Program-made: the position numbers and the translations under genes
Notes under the pieces: generated by a model
Databases searched by the model: none
What the model was told of the DNA's origin: nothing
Seen by the model: only the letters and a program-made list of their open reading frames with translations
Assembly: GCF_018977255.1 (NCBI RefSeq)
Contig: NW_024704743.1
Location: 40,488,001 to 40,552,000, forward strand
From: Callorhinchus milii
Taxonomy: Eukaryota
DNA: 64,000 bases
Direction: 5' to 3'
In this document: piece by piece, positions 39,083 through 51,339 of the stretch
Layout of the letters: every line of letters starts with the position of its first letter
Numbering within the stretch: position 1 is the stretch's first letter

Positions 39083-39470
39083 GGAGTCCTGCAGTGTAGT
39101 GTTCAGAGCATTTGCCTCGCAACCTGGGATCAATTGCCGGCAGGGCGAAACATTGGACAAGTTTCTTTTCTCCTCATGGCTCTGTTTACCTAGTAGTAAG
39201 TAGGAACCTGGTTGTTAGTCGATTGGCGGATCGCTTTTCGAGGGGTAATAATTCCTTCAAAAATTTTATGATAATAATAATAAATTGGTCACCAATTCAC
39301 GACTGTTTGTGGGACACTGCTGTGCACAACTGGCTGCCGCATTTCACCCACAAATACACAATCAATTCACTCTACAGTATATTCTGTGAAGCTCTTTGAG
39401 ATGTCTAGAAGATGTGAAAGGCACTATATCAAATGCAAGGATTCTTCTTATTATCTTATTATTTTTATTA
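39083..39470 (+). mobile_element. tRNA-derived SINE, long subfamily
   Basis: GGAGTCCTGCAG head, internal CTGTTTACCTAGTAGTAAGTAGGAACCTGGTTGTTAGTCGATTGG block, L2-type tail. Confidence 0.88.
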
Positions 39471-40340
39471 TATTATCTATCATTCTTTCCTACCAAATGG
39501 TTCTGCCCTTTCCTGCAGATGCATCTCAATTGTATTCCTATTGTGTGCCAATAATTTAGCTTGTCCATCTAGTTGTTTGCAGACCATCCTTCCTTTAAAA
39601 GTTCCTGCTATCTGAAAAAGTTCCAGAGTAGTTCAAAATGTCTTCCTACACATATTAATTATGTAACCACTCATTGAAGAAATCATTTATCCTGCCCATC
39701 CTTTTGATGATTCCAAATACACTAATACTGGAAACAGATTGTTTACTATCACCTTTGCACCATTTGTCTTATATCTAATGAACCCTAAACAACAATCATT
39801 CAGCCAGAAAAACAGAACATTCTTACAGATTGCAGCACATTTTGGTATGGAATATTGAAGTCACTTTGTAATAGGAATCATATGAAGCACTAATACTTAA
39901 TACAGGATACTGAACTGAAATGATCAAACTGGCTCTAAAAGGTGACACAGAAGTAGAAATATATTTGCTCTAATATTCAAAAAAATGGCTTTTTCTAAGC
40001 AATATTTTAATTTGGGATAAATTCCTGCATAAATAACTTGCAATGAAAGTTTCTATATCCTTCAGGGAACCTCAACAAGCTACCTGGGAGTGAATACAGC
40101 CCCAAAACAGCAATGTGTCTCTTTGAACTGTCAATCCTGCACAAAAAAATTAAAGCATAGTTATGTAGAAAATGGAAAAAAATTACGCTTGCATATTAAG
40201 TAGTATTAGTGCTAATTGTTAGCCATTAATTCATGTATTTTAACCAACTCCTCTACACCTTTATGACACCTGCGCATTGTTCTTCAAAATTGGTAATTAA
40301 AATTTTAATTAATCAAGTATTTTAATATCATACAATGTGA

Positions 40341-40649
40341 TAAAATAATCCTTGCATTTGATATAGCGCTTTTCACGTCGGGAGGATGTCCCAAAGCGCT
40401 TCACAGAACACACTGTAAAGTGAATTGACTGTATATTTGTGGGTGAACGCGGCAGCCAATTGCGCACAGCAATGTCCCACAAACAGTCGTAGATTGAAAA
40501 TGACCAATTTATTATTGTTTTTAGTTTTGTAGGGATTATTATTAAGCGTGTGGAGTAAGGAAACTTGCCCAAGGTTTCGCCCTGCCTGGAATTGAACTCA
40601 GGTCTCTCGCTTGCAAAGCGAGTGCTCTAACCACTGAGCTACAGGACTC
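40341..40649 (-). mobile_element. tRNA-Ala-derived SINE, young short subfamily, full length
   Basis: Near-identical reverse complement of 25280-25604. Confidence 0.95.
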
Positions 40650-43464
40650 TCATTGATATTAGTGAAAGTGTAAAATATGAATTAAGGAAGGGAACCATTC
40701 ATTCTCCCATTATACATTTGTTCCAGTTTTGCCAAAATTACATTTTGTACATGTCAGTATTTAATGTTTTATCTTCACTACCTTTAGCTGAAAGTTGTAT
40801 TTATTCTCAGTTCAGCTGCTTGAAATGTTAGGCAGGTATAGCAAATTACCAACTTCTTTTCAGCACTAATGAGTTTAGTTTTGAGGTGTTGCTCTACATT
40901 CCTGTGATCTAGGATTAATGCCGAGTTGCCTTAATTATTATTTACAATGTCACTGTAATGAATTAATGTAATGCATGATATACTTGGCACCTTAGTTTCT
41001 GGCTTCTAAGCATGGGTTTCAGTAATTCTGTAAGATACAAAGTATCTCTGTTGAAACACCACAGGATGTTTTGGCGACACTATCCAGTTTCTAGCATTTA
41101 AACTGCAATAGGTTTTTGAAAAAGAAACCAAATGGCAAATTAGAAAATAGAAAGGTTCCAGAATTTTTTTTCTCTCTCTTCCTTTTGATTTTGTGTTATT
41201 TTTTCCACTTTGAAACCTATTTCCCCTTGCCCCTCACTCGACAAATTACTGTAGTGCCACCAAGTGAGATAATTTCTAAATTCAATAAAGTGTACCATTT
41301 ACCCAATTACTAAAGAAAAGGGGTCCTGATTCAGATAATCCAATGTACGTGGCAATTATATTTTCTGGACTGGGAGCAGCACGGAAAAGCAATCATAGCA
41401 AATTGCATTCAGGTAAAATGTCCATTTTAATGTCTCAACAACAACATCAACAACTTGCATTTATATAGTGCCGTTGACGCTGGGCAGCTTCTCGAGCGCT
41501 GAATACATATGAAACGTTGTTTTTTTTTTCTGCAACTCAAGATTTTTGCTGTTTATATTGATTTCAATTACTTAAAAAATATGGAGCTTTGCAATGTTAA
41601 AATAATCAGTTTTATAAAGGCAGGTCTGCTCTCTGTTCACTCAATACACTCGGGCAATGAAAGAAACAGGAGGAGGTTAATTACAGAGGATCCCTTTTAA
41701 AAAGTTTTTCAATAAAGCTGCCTATGGATACATAGACCTTGAAATTTATTATGAATCCCCACAGACCACCCTCTTCTACACCTCAACTTCACCCGCCACC
41801 CCCTTATTTTGCATCGTCAGTTATAACACTGTTTGATATTTTTCATGATTCAAACAATGTAACTGTGTAAATACCATTTTTAAAATTGGGTTGGGGTTCC
41901 TCTGTATTGTGTATTGTCAGTTGGCAATACATGGTTTACTGCAGGAGTGAAACCATGAATACCCCAAAATAATCTGACCTGTTATCTTATATAGGACGAT
42001 CCTGTGAAGGATGCTATATAAATGTAAGTTGCTTTTGTTGTATCGGATATTAGCTCCTGATACTTTAATCACTCTGAGACGCCATCCATCGTGGAGGGCG
42101 CTATATAAATCTAAGTGTTGTTGTAAATTCAAGTTGTTGTTGCTGTTCCAAGTATCTGCAGCTTCAAAAACACATAAAAAAAAACAACCTTTACAAATGA
42201 TCCTTTTTAAGTGATCCCAAGGTTTAGGCCTGATTGAGACATACTTTCATTGTACTTTGACACATCATCCTGATGTGAAACGTGCTGCAAACCAAGTTAA
42301 ATGCAAGGTTTATATTTATTGTTATGACAGTGCTAGACTCAGACAGGAATCCTCTACCTAGGTATATTAACTTAATAAACCAGCAAAAAGCATTGTGTTT
42401 TCAAAAAGTCTTCATCTGAGACCTACAAGGACAACTTAGCAGAATATTTCAGCAGCTGTTAGTTTTACATATCTTTTATGCATGCTTGCAGTATATGGAT
42501 TTCCTATTTTGGGAACAGCAATAAATCTGCATAAAGCATCGCTCTTATACAGCACATACAACCCTACTAATTCTGACCGACCTCTAGCACTCTTTCCCAA
42601 ACATGATGTTCACATACAATTGCAAGAAGTGTATACTAGGATAAATGGGATTGACCCCCCCATCCCCGATAATTTTGATTGAGCAAACATTTTTTGGTGA
42701 CAATTACAATTTCTCTATAAAGCCTCCTACCCTGTGATATAAAGAAAAATGTTTGAAAAAATGTTGCTATGTATGCCAGTACAAATTATTGATATAAGCC
42801 TTGCATGTAGTAAATATTTATACTTCTCTTATTAAGATGCAAAACCTGACTTCATTCTGGATTCTTGATTTGTTTTCAATCCACATACTGATCTGCCTAT
42901 TCCTGCAACAATACAACTGTTCTGATGCAAGGCTCTATATATATTTATAGGGCTTCATACGGCATGGCAAGTAAGAAATATGAGTGTTTGTCATATGTCA
43001 GTGGGTGTATTTCATTTTTCCTCTAAATCCTATTTCATCACAAAAGTAAAAGGGTATAATAAACCAAACCAAGGCAGACCTTTAAAGAACTTCCCAATAT
43101 TGAAATTTTAATGTAATTAAAGTCACTTGATGACTGTTTAATTCATTAACCAAGAAATCTATGCAGGAAAAAGTGTTCACTTACACAACTGTTTCATTGG
43201 ACAAGTTACAAAGATAGAAATTAATTTAATATTGCTTTCAATATCTTTCTGTGATTTGTAATCAAGCTTCACATGTTGTGACAGCGCAGTAATTTTACCA
43301 CATTGCAGAATATTTCACCTCAGATAGCGAAGGGTGAAACTTGAGAAAACATTGAATGAGAAAAGAATTCCTTCCACAGTTCATGTGAAATGTTGCGGAT
43401 TCCATACAACAACAAATTACATTTGTACAGTGCCCTTCACATTGGAAGGATACACCAATGCGTT

Positions 43465-44120
43465 ACAAGATCACACAAAATTGGCTTAGAATGAAGATGG
43501 CTTGTCAGGCCTTTCAATTTCATCCATCCTGAACACTCACCCTACTATTCCACAATTACAGCATCAAGCTGTTTTTTTTAAATGGGTCCAGTGTCCTGGC
43601 CTGGCACCTTATTCCAGTCATTGATTACCCTCTGCTTAACAAAATAACTTCCTGGTTTCTGTCCTGAAATGGCCATTTCCAACTATAAATATTCTTGTTC
43701 TACTGTCTTGATATATCCTAAATATATATCCCATATGGTAATGGTGCTCCCGTAATCACGGGATTCACTGAAGAGAATCCAGGGATTTGGGAAATTGTAT
43801 AAAGGGTGAGCCTGGGTGGAAGGGGAGAGAGGGTTTTCCTGTTTTGTGGAAGCAGGTCATGCATTGTTGTGAGGACGAGCCTGTGGGAACAGGGTATTTA
43901 AATCTCCCAGGTGGCTTCCCTTCAGAGGACCACTCTATCTGAGGTACACCACAGGTGCGGAGACCAACTGCAGGTGTCCTGGACTAAGTAAGAATCAGAA
44001 TCCCAGGATTTGGGGTATTAAAATTCTGAAATCTCAAAATTCTGAAAGATCAACCCCATGTCCCGTCTGAGTCATCTTCTTGCAAGACTGAAGAGTCTCA
44101 GCTTGTCTAATCCTTATCCG
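43465..44120 (-). mobile_element. Old CR1 3' fragment interrupted by ~300 bp of unrelated sequence
   Basis: ACAAGATCACAC tail, GCATCAAGCTGTTTTTTTAAATG, TTCCAGTCATTGATTACCCTCTG; resumes ~44045 AAAGATCAACCCC...AGACTGAAGAG. Confidence 0.6.
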
Positions 44121-44164
44121 GTCAAACTCAGGGGGAAAGTGCTGTACAGATTATCACAAACTTG

Positions 44165-44500
44165 GTCAGAAAGTTATATATTCAAGCCCCACATTGGGAA
44201 TTGAGCTCACAGTCCAGTGCAATAATAGGAGTACACTGCATTGATCGTATTCCTTTGCATGAAACATTAAAACACGCTCCTGTCTACATGAACAGGTGGA
44301 CCTCAAACATATCATGGCACTATTCAAAATGAGAAGGGAGTTTCTCTCAGCATGTGTTGGCCAGCATATCCTTTAGTTAAATTAATCATTCACTTGATGG
44401 CTATTGAAAGCACCTCTCCTTACCAAATTGATGTTTATACCTAAATATATACAGTCATTATTCTTGACAGAAATTGCCTGCAAAGATCTTCGAGGTCTTT
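44165..44500 (+). mobile_element. Old Deu-type SINE
   Basis: GTCAGAAAGTT...TTCAAGCCCCAC head; CAGGTGGACC...CATGGCACTATTCAAA...GGGAGTTTCTC. Confidence 0.65.
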
Positions 44501-44501
44501 C

Positions 44502-45145
44502 AACAACAACAACGTTACATTGATAGAGCGAGCGCTTTTCACGTCGAAGGGCATCCCAAGGCGCTGGACAGTCAGGGGTCAGGACCCTAGCATGGGGGAG
44601 GGGTGGTGTAGGGGTGAGGGAAGGCAGAGAGGTGGGAGGGCGACTGAAGGCACAATCGAAGAGGAGGGTCTTGAGACCGGCCTTGAAGGAGGCAAGGGAG
44701 GAAGCGAGGCGAAGGGACTGTGGGATGGAGTTCCAGAGTGTGGGGAAGAGAGGCTGAAAGCCCAACCACTGATGGTAGGGCGGGTCGGGCGGGAAACATG
44801 GAGCAGGCCAGAGCCCGCAGAACGGAGGGAGCGGGCAGGTTAGAAGGGAGTCAGAAGGTCGGAGAGGTAGGAGGGGGCAAGGCCATAGATGGCTGTGAAA
44901 GTGAGGATGAGGATCTTGAATTCGATCCTCTGAGGGATGGGAAGCCAGTGGAGTCAGGCGAGGGTGGGAGTGACAGGGTCTGGTGCGTGAGAGTACACGA
45001 GCTGCAGAGTTTTGGATGATCTGCAGCTTGTGAAGGGAAGAGTTCGGAAGGCCGATGAGTAGGGAGTTTCCATAATCGAGCCTTGATGTGACGAACACAT
45101 AGTTGAAGGTTTCGGCAGCCTGAGGGGTGAGTCTGGCAATGTTAA
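44502..45145 (-). mobile_element. L2 LINE 3' fragment, relatively young
   Basis: [24 protein letters not shown]...IQNSAARVL...LWNSIP...FKAGLKTLLF; (AAC)n tail. Confidence 0.93.
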
Positions 45146-45269
45146 AGTGTAAGGTGCAGTGACTGAATATTGTGTTGGCGAAATTCAAGGATTATTAGTA
45201 TATGATTCACAGGTACAGTAGTTAAATTATACTGATATTTTTCTCAATATCAGTGATGGTGTGTTATGG

Positions 45270-45610
45270 CTATGAGAATAGTTTTGAAATATTGTGCCTG
45301 TTGGAGCAAAGCAGGCTAAGATTAGTAGGAACAGAGGGCTTCAATATTGCAAAAAATTTAGAGAGAATACTAAATTATTCCTGAGAGTTGTTATATGCAT
45401 AACAACTGAACATAAACCAGGATTGTCAATGGAAAAGCTGAAAGGAAAGTTAGAACTATTTTTTTCACGCAGAATTATCAGAACACAAAATACTTTGCTG
45501 TTGGTGGTGTTTGAAGCTAAGACCATAGAAGCAATATAAAGGGAATTGGATAACTACTTGAAGTGCAGCATTATAGAAGTATCAAGGGAAAGAGCAAGGT
45601 ATTGGGAAAA
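45270..45610 (+). mobile_element. Very old CR1 3' fragment
   Basis: LFFSRRIIRTQNTL-like remnant; GGGAATTGGATAACTACTTGAAG. Confidence 0.5.
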
Positions 45611-46399
45611 TTCTGATCAAAAAACACTGTATTACTCTTTTAATTGTAGGATTATATTGAACTATATTTTGTATGTCTCAATATAAATGTTGATTCTTCT
45701 GGTGATAAGATTTTGGGACTTGTTCTCATATTGTTGTTTCCATGTGATGTCAATAGATGGAAGGATACTTAATTTACAAATTAGAAAATAAAATTTGGAA
45801 GATCTGCCTGGCTTCAGATAGGGTAAAGCTATTGTTTTATGTCACAGTCCTGTGCTGGTCTTATTTTTCCTTGTTGGATGTGGTTTGGGCATTCAGAGGA
45901 AGAGGTCAAGGTAAATTGTACCAAGCAGCCCAAACCAACCAACCCCAGAATATGCGAACTCAACAAACTTTATAGAACGATGTAAGTTCTAACAAGTATC
46001 TTGAAATAATATGAACCTAGGGACAGGTGAAGATTATTCATCTATTGATCCTGTTACTAGGATTGTGACTCGGAACTAAAACAAAGCTCTAATGGTTTAA
46101 GATCAGTTGAACTGAGGCTGAAAAACTGACAGAGAAAGGGTCATGTCCCATTTAGTCATTGTTCCCCACTTTACCCTATCACGCTGAGCCCTTCTTGTCT
46201 CACCCACTTTGGCTGTTTTCTTTTTACATGTACTTTATATTCTTTCTCATTCTCTCCTTCCACACACCCTTTACTTTTTGTCAATAGTTTCTTGACAGTC
46301 ACTATTGCTCTCAAACTCTTGCTTCCTTTCTTTCCCTCATCGTAAACTCACAAGATTAGTTTGGATGGTGCTTCTGCCAATCTAATCTCATCCCTCTGG

Positions 46400-46755
46400 A
46401 ACAACAACAACAACTTGCATTTATATAGCACTCTCCACGCTGGGCAGTGTCCCAGAGCACTTAACAATGGTGGAGCTTGATTCTGAGCCGGGGAGGGGGA
46501 AGGTGACATAGGCACAGTCGAAGAGGAAGATCTTCAGGCACAACCTGAAAATGGGGAAGGAGGGGGCAAGGCGAAGGATTTGAGGAAGGGAGTTCCATAG
46601 TTTCAGGGTGTAGTGACTGATGGTATGGTCGCCGATGGTAGAGGATTCGAGGAACAAGGAGGAGGCTGGAGCCAGTAGAACGGATGCTGTGGGTAGTGCT
46701 GTGAGGAGAGAGGAATTTGGAGAGATAGAGATGTGCCAAGGCTTGGAGGGTTTTA
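46400..46755 (-). mobile_element. L2 LINE 3' end
   Basis: (AAC)n TTGCATTTATATAGCAC tail; KLWNSLP...LKIFLFD. Confidence 0.88.
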
Positions 46756-46959
46756 AAACACTAAATTTAAACACCCACCCTATTCTCTACCCATCCCAGT
46801 ATCAAGCTATTTGTTAAATGAGTTCAATGTTTTATCCTGAGCCACCCTTCCTGGCAACCTGTTCCAGTCATCAATTATCCTCTTGGTAAAGAAAAACGTC
46901 CAAAGGTATTTTCCTGAAATTTCCCATTGTAACTCTAAACCTAAATTGACAATGATTTC

Positions 46960-47070
46960 TTATCTGATGAAGGGTCAATCCAAATTGTTTCTCTATCAGA
47001 CATTGGAATGACTTGCTCTGAATTTCCAGCCTTTCTATCTTATTTCCATTCCCCAGATTTAGTTTTGTTT
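46960..47070 (+). mobile_element. Decayed Penelope-like terminal fragment
   Basis: TCTGATGAAGGGTCA...TGACTTGCTCTGAATTTCCAGCCTTTCTATCTTATTT resembles 50640-50745. Confidence 0.55.
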
Positions 47071-47454
47071 ACATCCGCTGCTGGAACACTACAGAGACCA
47101 TAGTTGCTGCACTGCCTGAACCTACTACTGCTGCTGTTCTTGCTGAGAATGCTTCATTATCATGATAGTCACTCCCTCATCTATCCTAATAGTAAGCATG
47201 GTTGCAGAATCACGTTTTTCCGAATCTATCTTCAACAACCCACCTGTCTAAGCCTTCAAAAGTGCATTTGAGATCATCAAAATAGAAAAAGGTGATATTT
47301 TCTGTTGGAGTTAAGTTTGGTGGCGAGGCTTGTGTGCTTTGGATAATGGGTTGGAAATATTTTATTCAATTCACACTGGCCAACACACAAACCACATATC
47401 ACACAACACTTTTGCAGTTGTTGCAAACCTGCCATCTTGTTGAGGGACAACATA

Positions 47455-47628
47455 TTACCCCTGGAAAAGCTATCTGCCAATCGACCGACTACCTTGTTCC
47501 TACTTACTGCTAGGTAAACAGAGGCATGTGGAGTAAGGAAACTTGCCTAAGGTTTCAACTGCCTGAGAATCGAATCCAGGTCTCTCACTTGTGAGGTGAG
47601 TGCTCTAACTACTGACCTACAGAACTCC
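47455..47628 (-). mobile_element. tRNA-derived SINE, long subfamily, 5' half
   Basis: GCCAATCGACCGACTACC...CTAGGTAAACAGAGGCATGTGGAGTAAGGAAACTTGCC...CTACAGAACTCC. Confidence 0.85.
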
Positions 47629-48969
47629 ATCTGTAGTGTATGTCAGCAGGCTATTCTGTCACTATTATAGCCAAATCCAATTCTATGTTTTTTCTAATGA
47701 CTACAAAGGTCTACCTTGCAACAAGGGTCTCCAGAAAGAAATTAAAAGCAAGAACCTGACTGATTTTTCCTTCTCTAATAAAGGAAGCTGAGACTCAATT
47801 GGTGTCTGACTAATTCAGCTCGGGATTGAAGTCTGAAACCTTTTAGCCTGTTCACTATAGTGGTGGATGTGACCATCACTTTGCTGGCTAAACCTTTTAC
47901 TGGCTAATCAATTCGAGGAGAATAAGAGGGCTATTATTGATGACAGATTGATAGAAAATATTTTGCCAAATTCTGGAGACTCTGAGATGCAAAGTAATTA
48001 GAGTAAATCTAGGCTCAGGTAGAATTTCTGTTCCCTACTAAAAACAAAAAGCAAATTTTCTGACTGCTTTTTACTTCCAGGATGTATGCATTGTAGTTCT
48101 GGTGTTTGACATACAAATCATGTGCTCACAATAGGATTTCTGGAATGGCTGATTTTTCTTCTACTGATTTTCTTCAAATTTATGTAAATATTTCCAATAC
48201 CTAATGTTTTCCTTTTAACCCCCCCAAGCTCCATAAAAATTGTGAGATGAAAAATTACCTAATAAGCACTTCAAAAATACTCAAGGAGTTATTTTTGGCC
48301 AAAAAGCAATCTTAATGGTCTTTTTGAATGTACAAGAAGGTAATGGTTGATAAATATGTTGTTCTATTGTTATGGGCATGTACAATGCTTTACATTAATG
48401 GAATATATACAATAATCCAGGGATAATATCAAATACTCTAATTTGTGCACACAATTCAATGTGTATTTTATATTTATATCAGTCTTGTTAGAATAATGAG
48501 TTTACTTTACATCAACATTATGTGTTAGAGGTAAAATTATGACAGCTGCACAGCACAACAGTTAAACGGTTAAATTATCCTGAATTTAATGCACTCAAGT
48601 CACATGCATGTGGTCAATTAATAAACAATCAAGAATAACCTATGTCTCTCGTTTCCTATTAGAGTGCAGGATAATAGGCACTTGAGTTGCAAAGCTGCAA
48701 TTGAATCAAGGAGGTCTGGATATTACTAAACATAAGATTGAAACTGAACTCCTTGCAGAGATATATTCAAGCCAAGAAATCCATGGAATCTGATTATGTA
48801 TTAATATTGTATGTTTTGAGTTGAATTCTGCCAAGCAATTCCAGATGTTTTCTTTATTCAGCTGGCAATTGGGAGCTATAAGCTTCAAGCCAAATGGTTC
48901 TGTTAATACAATGGAACTCTGTATATCATCACTGTGCCCACCTGAGAGAGAAATAAACATGTATGAATA

Positions 48970-49250
48970 TAAAAACAGAAGTTGTTGCGGACACTCAGCA
49001 GATCAGGCAGCATCTATGGAGCAATGAAAGTGATTTAAAGTTTCAGGTCAAAGATCTTCCATCAGAACTGGGGGATGTTGGAAGGGAATAGATCATAAGG
49101 ACTAGCAGAGAATAGGACGGGAATGAAAGAAAAAGGAAAAAGTTAGGTGGAAGACGGGAAATGATGAGATCAGTGGTGTTGATGGTGCAAGACAAAAGAA
49201 GGCAATAGTGTGAGATTACAGAAAGAAAATTAACAAAAACAGAAGTCTCT
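48970..49250 (-). mobile_element. Penelope-like element 3' fragment
   Basis: AAAAACAGAAG...ACTCAGCAGATCAGGCAGCATCTATGGAG...GTTTCAGGTCAAAGATCTTCCATCAGAACTGG matches 50530-50630, then a purine-rich tract. Confidence 0.7.
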
Positions 49251-49254
49251 GGGA

Positions 49255-50125
49255 ACATGTATGCGGATGACACCCAAATTTACTTTTCCTCCTGCAGCTG
49301 TGACTCCTTGTCCTGTCAGCTTGTTGAAGGACATCAAGGCCTAGATAAGTGCAAATTTCCTGCAGCTGAAAGTCAGCGAGATAGAAGCCACATCCTTTAG
49401 CTTCAGTTAACATCTTCGCTCTTGCAAGTCTGAACTCCTCAATCTTCCCGGGCTCTCCCTCTGACTCACTGAACCTGTGCGCAACTTGGGTGTCAGGTTC
49501 AATCCCCAGCTTTCATTTCTACCCAATATCTGTTCCCTGACCAGGACGGCTTTTTTCCACCTCCATCACATTGCCCGACTCGGTTCGTACGTCACAACCA
49601 ATGAAGCCAAAACCCTCATCCATGCCTTCGTCAATTCCCAACTGGACTGTTCTGATGCCCTCCTTGCTGGTCTCCCCACCATACACAAATTTAACTAATT
49701 CAAACCTCCGCTGCTCAGATTTTCACCGCCACAAACCTCTGTACCTCCATCACACCAGTTGTTGCCAGGCTCCACTGTCTCCCAATTATCGAATGGATCA
49801 ATTTCAAGACCTTCTTACTCATTTTCAAATCCCATCATGCCCTCGTACCCCCCTACCTATACAACAACAACTTGCATTTACATAATGCTGTTTGTCCCTT
49901 GTTCCCTCTGCTCCATCTTTAGTGGCCGTGCCTTCAGCCACTACACCCTGAAACTCTGTAACTCTCTTCCGCTATTCCTCCCCACTTTCAAATCCCGCTT
50001 AATGACCTTTGTTTTTCATCATGCTTATGGTCACCTTCCCCCTCCTCTAGGCTTGGGGTCAGACTCTACCACTGTCAAGCACTCCAGGACACTTCCCCGA
50101 ATGAAGGGTGCTATATAAATCATAA
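49255..50125 (+). mobile_element. L2 LINE, 5'-truncated at YADD, with tail
   Basis: ATGTATGCGGATGACACCCAA; RNLGVRFNPQLSF, AKTLIHAFVNSQLDCS; tail GAAGGGTGCTATATAAAT. Confidence 0.9.
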
Positions 50126-50592
50126 ATGCTATTTGTCGTTGACATTACTGTTTGGTGCTAGGTATATCCTAGCTTCATAGTCAGTTTGTTTTCTTCTCTC
50201 ATTCTTCAGTGAGGACCGGAAGTGTCACTGGGAACAGGAATTCTTCCTAATTGTTAACCCTGCAAGCCAAAGCTTTAGTGGTTAAGATGTTTCTAATTGG
50301 ACAAGCAGTGGGAAGCTTGTAGGCAGTTCTCTCAAAAGCAAAAGTTATGGTTTGGGCTGGCTAAACCCTAACACACACTCTAGAGTTCCCAAGACTTTGC
50401 TCTTGATAACCTGTGCTGAATAATCTCTGGAATTAGGTGAGTGGGATGTGTACCGCCAGGTTGTGTGCATTTCATTCTAGACACAGGAGAATTTCCATGT
50501 GTTGTTGCCATACATATGTGGGACTGTAACAAAAACAGAGAGAGCTGGGAAAACTCAGCGTGTCAGGCAGCATCTATGGAGAAAGGAAAGTG

Positions 50593-50629
50593 AGTCAACG
50601 TTTCAGGTCCACAACCCTTCGTCAGAACT
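50593..50629 (-). ncRNA. Minimal type I hammerhead ribozyme motif (Penelope-associated type)
   Basis: Minus strand reads AGUU-CUGACGA-AGGGUUGUGGACCU-GAAAC-GUU-GACU: core CUGANGA/GAAA, stem I AGUU:GACU, palindromic AACGUU helix III. Confidence 0.65.
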
Positions 50630-50637
50630 GAAAGGTC

Positions 50638-50672
50638 GTTCTGACGAAGGGTCGTGGACACGAAACATTGAC
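50638..50672 (+). ncRNA. Degenerate second hammerhead motif on the opposite strand
   Basis: GUU-CUGACGA-AGGGUCGUGGACAC-GAAAC-AUU-GAC; core kept, helix III G>A and a stem II mismatch. Confidence 0.5.
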
Positions 50673-51339
50673 TCACTTTCCTTTCTCCATCGATGTTGCC
50701 TGACCTGCTGAGTTTTCCAAGCTCTCTCTGTTTTTGTTTTGGATTCCAGCATTTGCAGTATTTTGTGTTTTGTTCATATGTGGGACTGTGTCTGGTTTGG
50801 ATACTCATAAACATGGCAATGGGTTTTCATATGCGTCCAACATCTAGTTGAACTAAAAATAATTAGGACATGTAGCTCTTTATAAATATGCAATAACTCA
50901 AGAGTCAGGTAACACAAGAAGAAATACAAGAGAGGAAGGAGGGCAGGAAAATAGAGAGGGAATAAGGGATAGCAGATTTTGCTCCATTTTTAACACAACA
51001 CAAACAAAAACTGCTTTTAATGCCAGAGCTTGACATACAGTAAAATAAAAGACATATTTGGAGCGCTACTATCTTGCCTGCTAATGTCAATGCCATATTT
51101 AATGATTAAAATTGAGTTACAAGATAATCAATTCATTTCCGTTGTTTAAAACTGAATCATAGCAGTGCGGCCCAGAATTTAACTTTTAAACTTGCCTTTA
51201 CTTGGCTGTGGCTGTTGTATGCTTATTTACTGGAAACATTGCAAGTGCAGAGAGCATTCCCATAATTGTGCACATAGGAGGGAGGGCCTGAATCCATCCC
51301 CTCAATGCACTCAACAATGCCCTTGATGCAGATTGTTCA

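Larger units (their letters stand above)
50528..50774. mobile_element. Non-autonomous palindromic Penelope-like insertion with 15-bp TSD
   Basis: Inverted arms 50528-50628 and 50638-50738 (9 mismatches in 101 nt by my count); flanked by CATATGTGGGACTGT at 50513-50527 and 50775-50789. Confidence 0.88.
50205..50853 (+). repeat. Family A unclassified repeat, split by the hairpin insertion
   Basis: GTTAACCCTGCAAGCCA...GGACAAGCAG...GAATTTCCATGTG, then after the insertion GGTTTGGATACTCATAAACATGGCAATGGGTTTTC. Confidence 0.78.
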
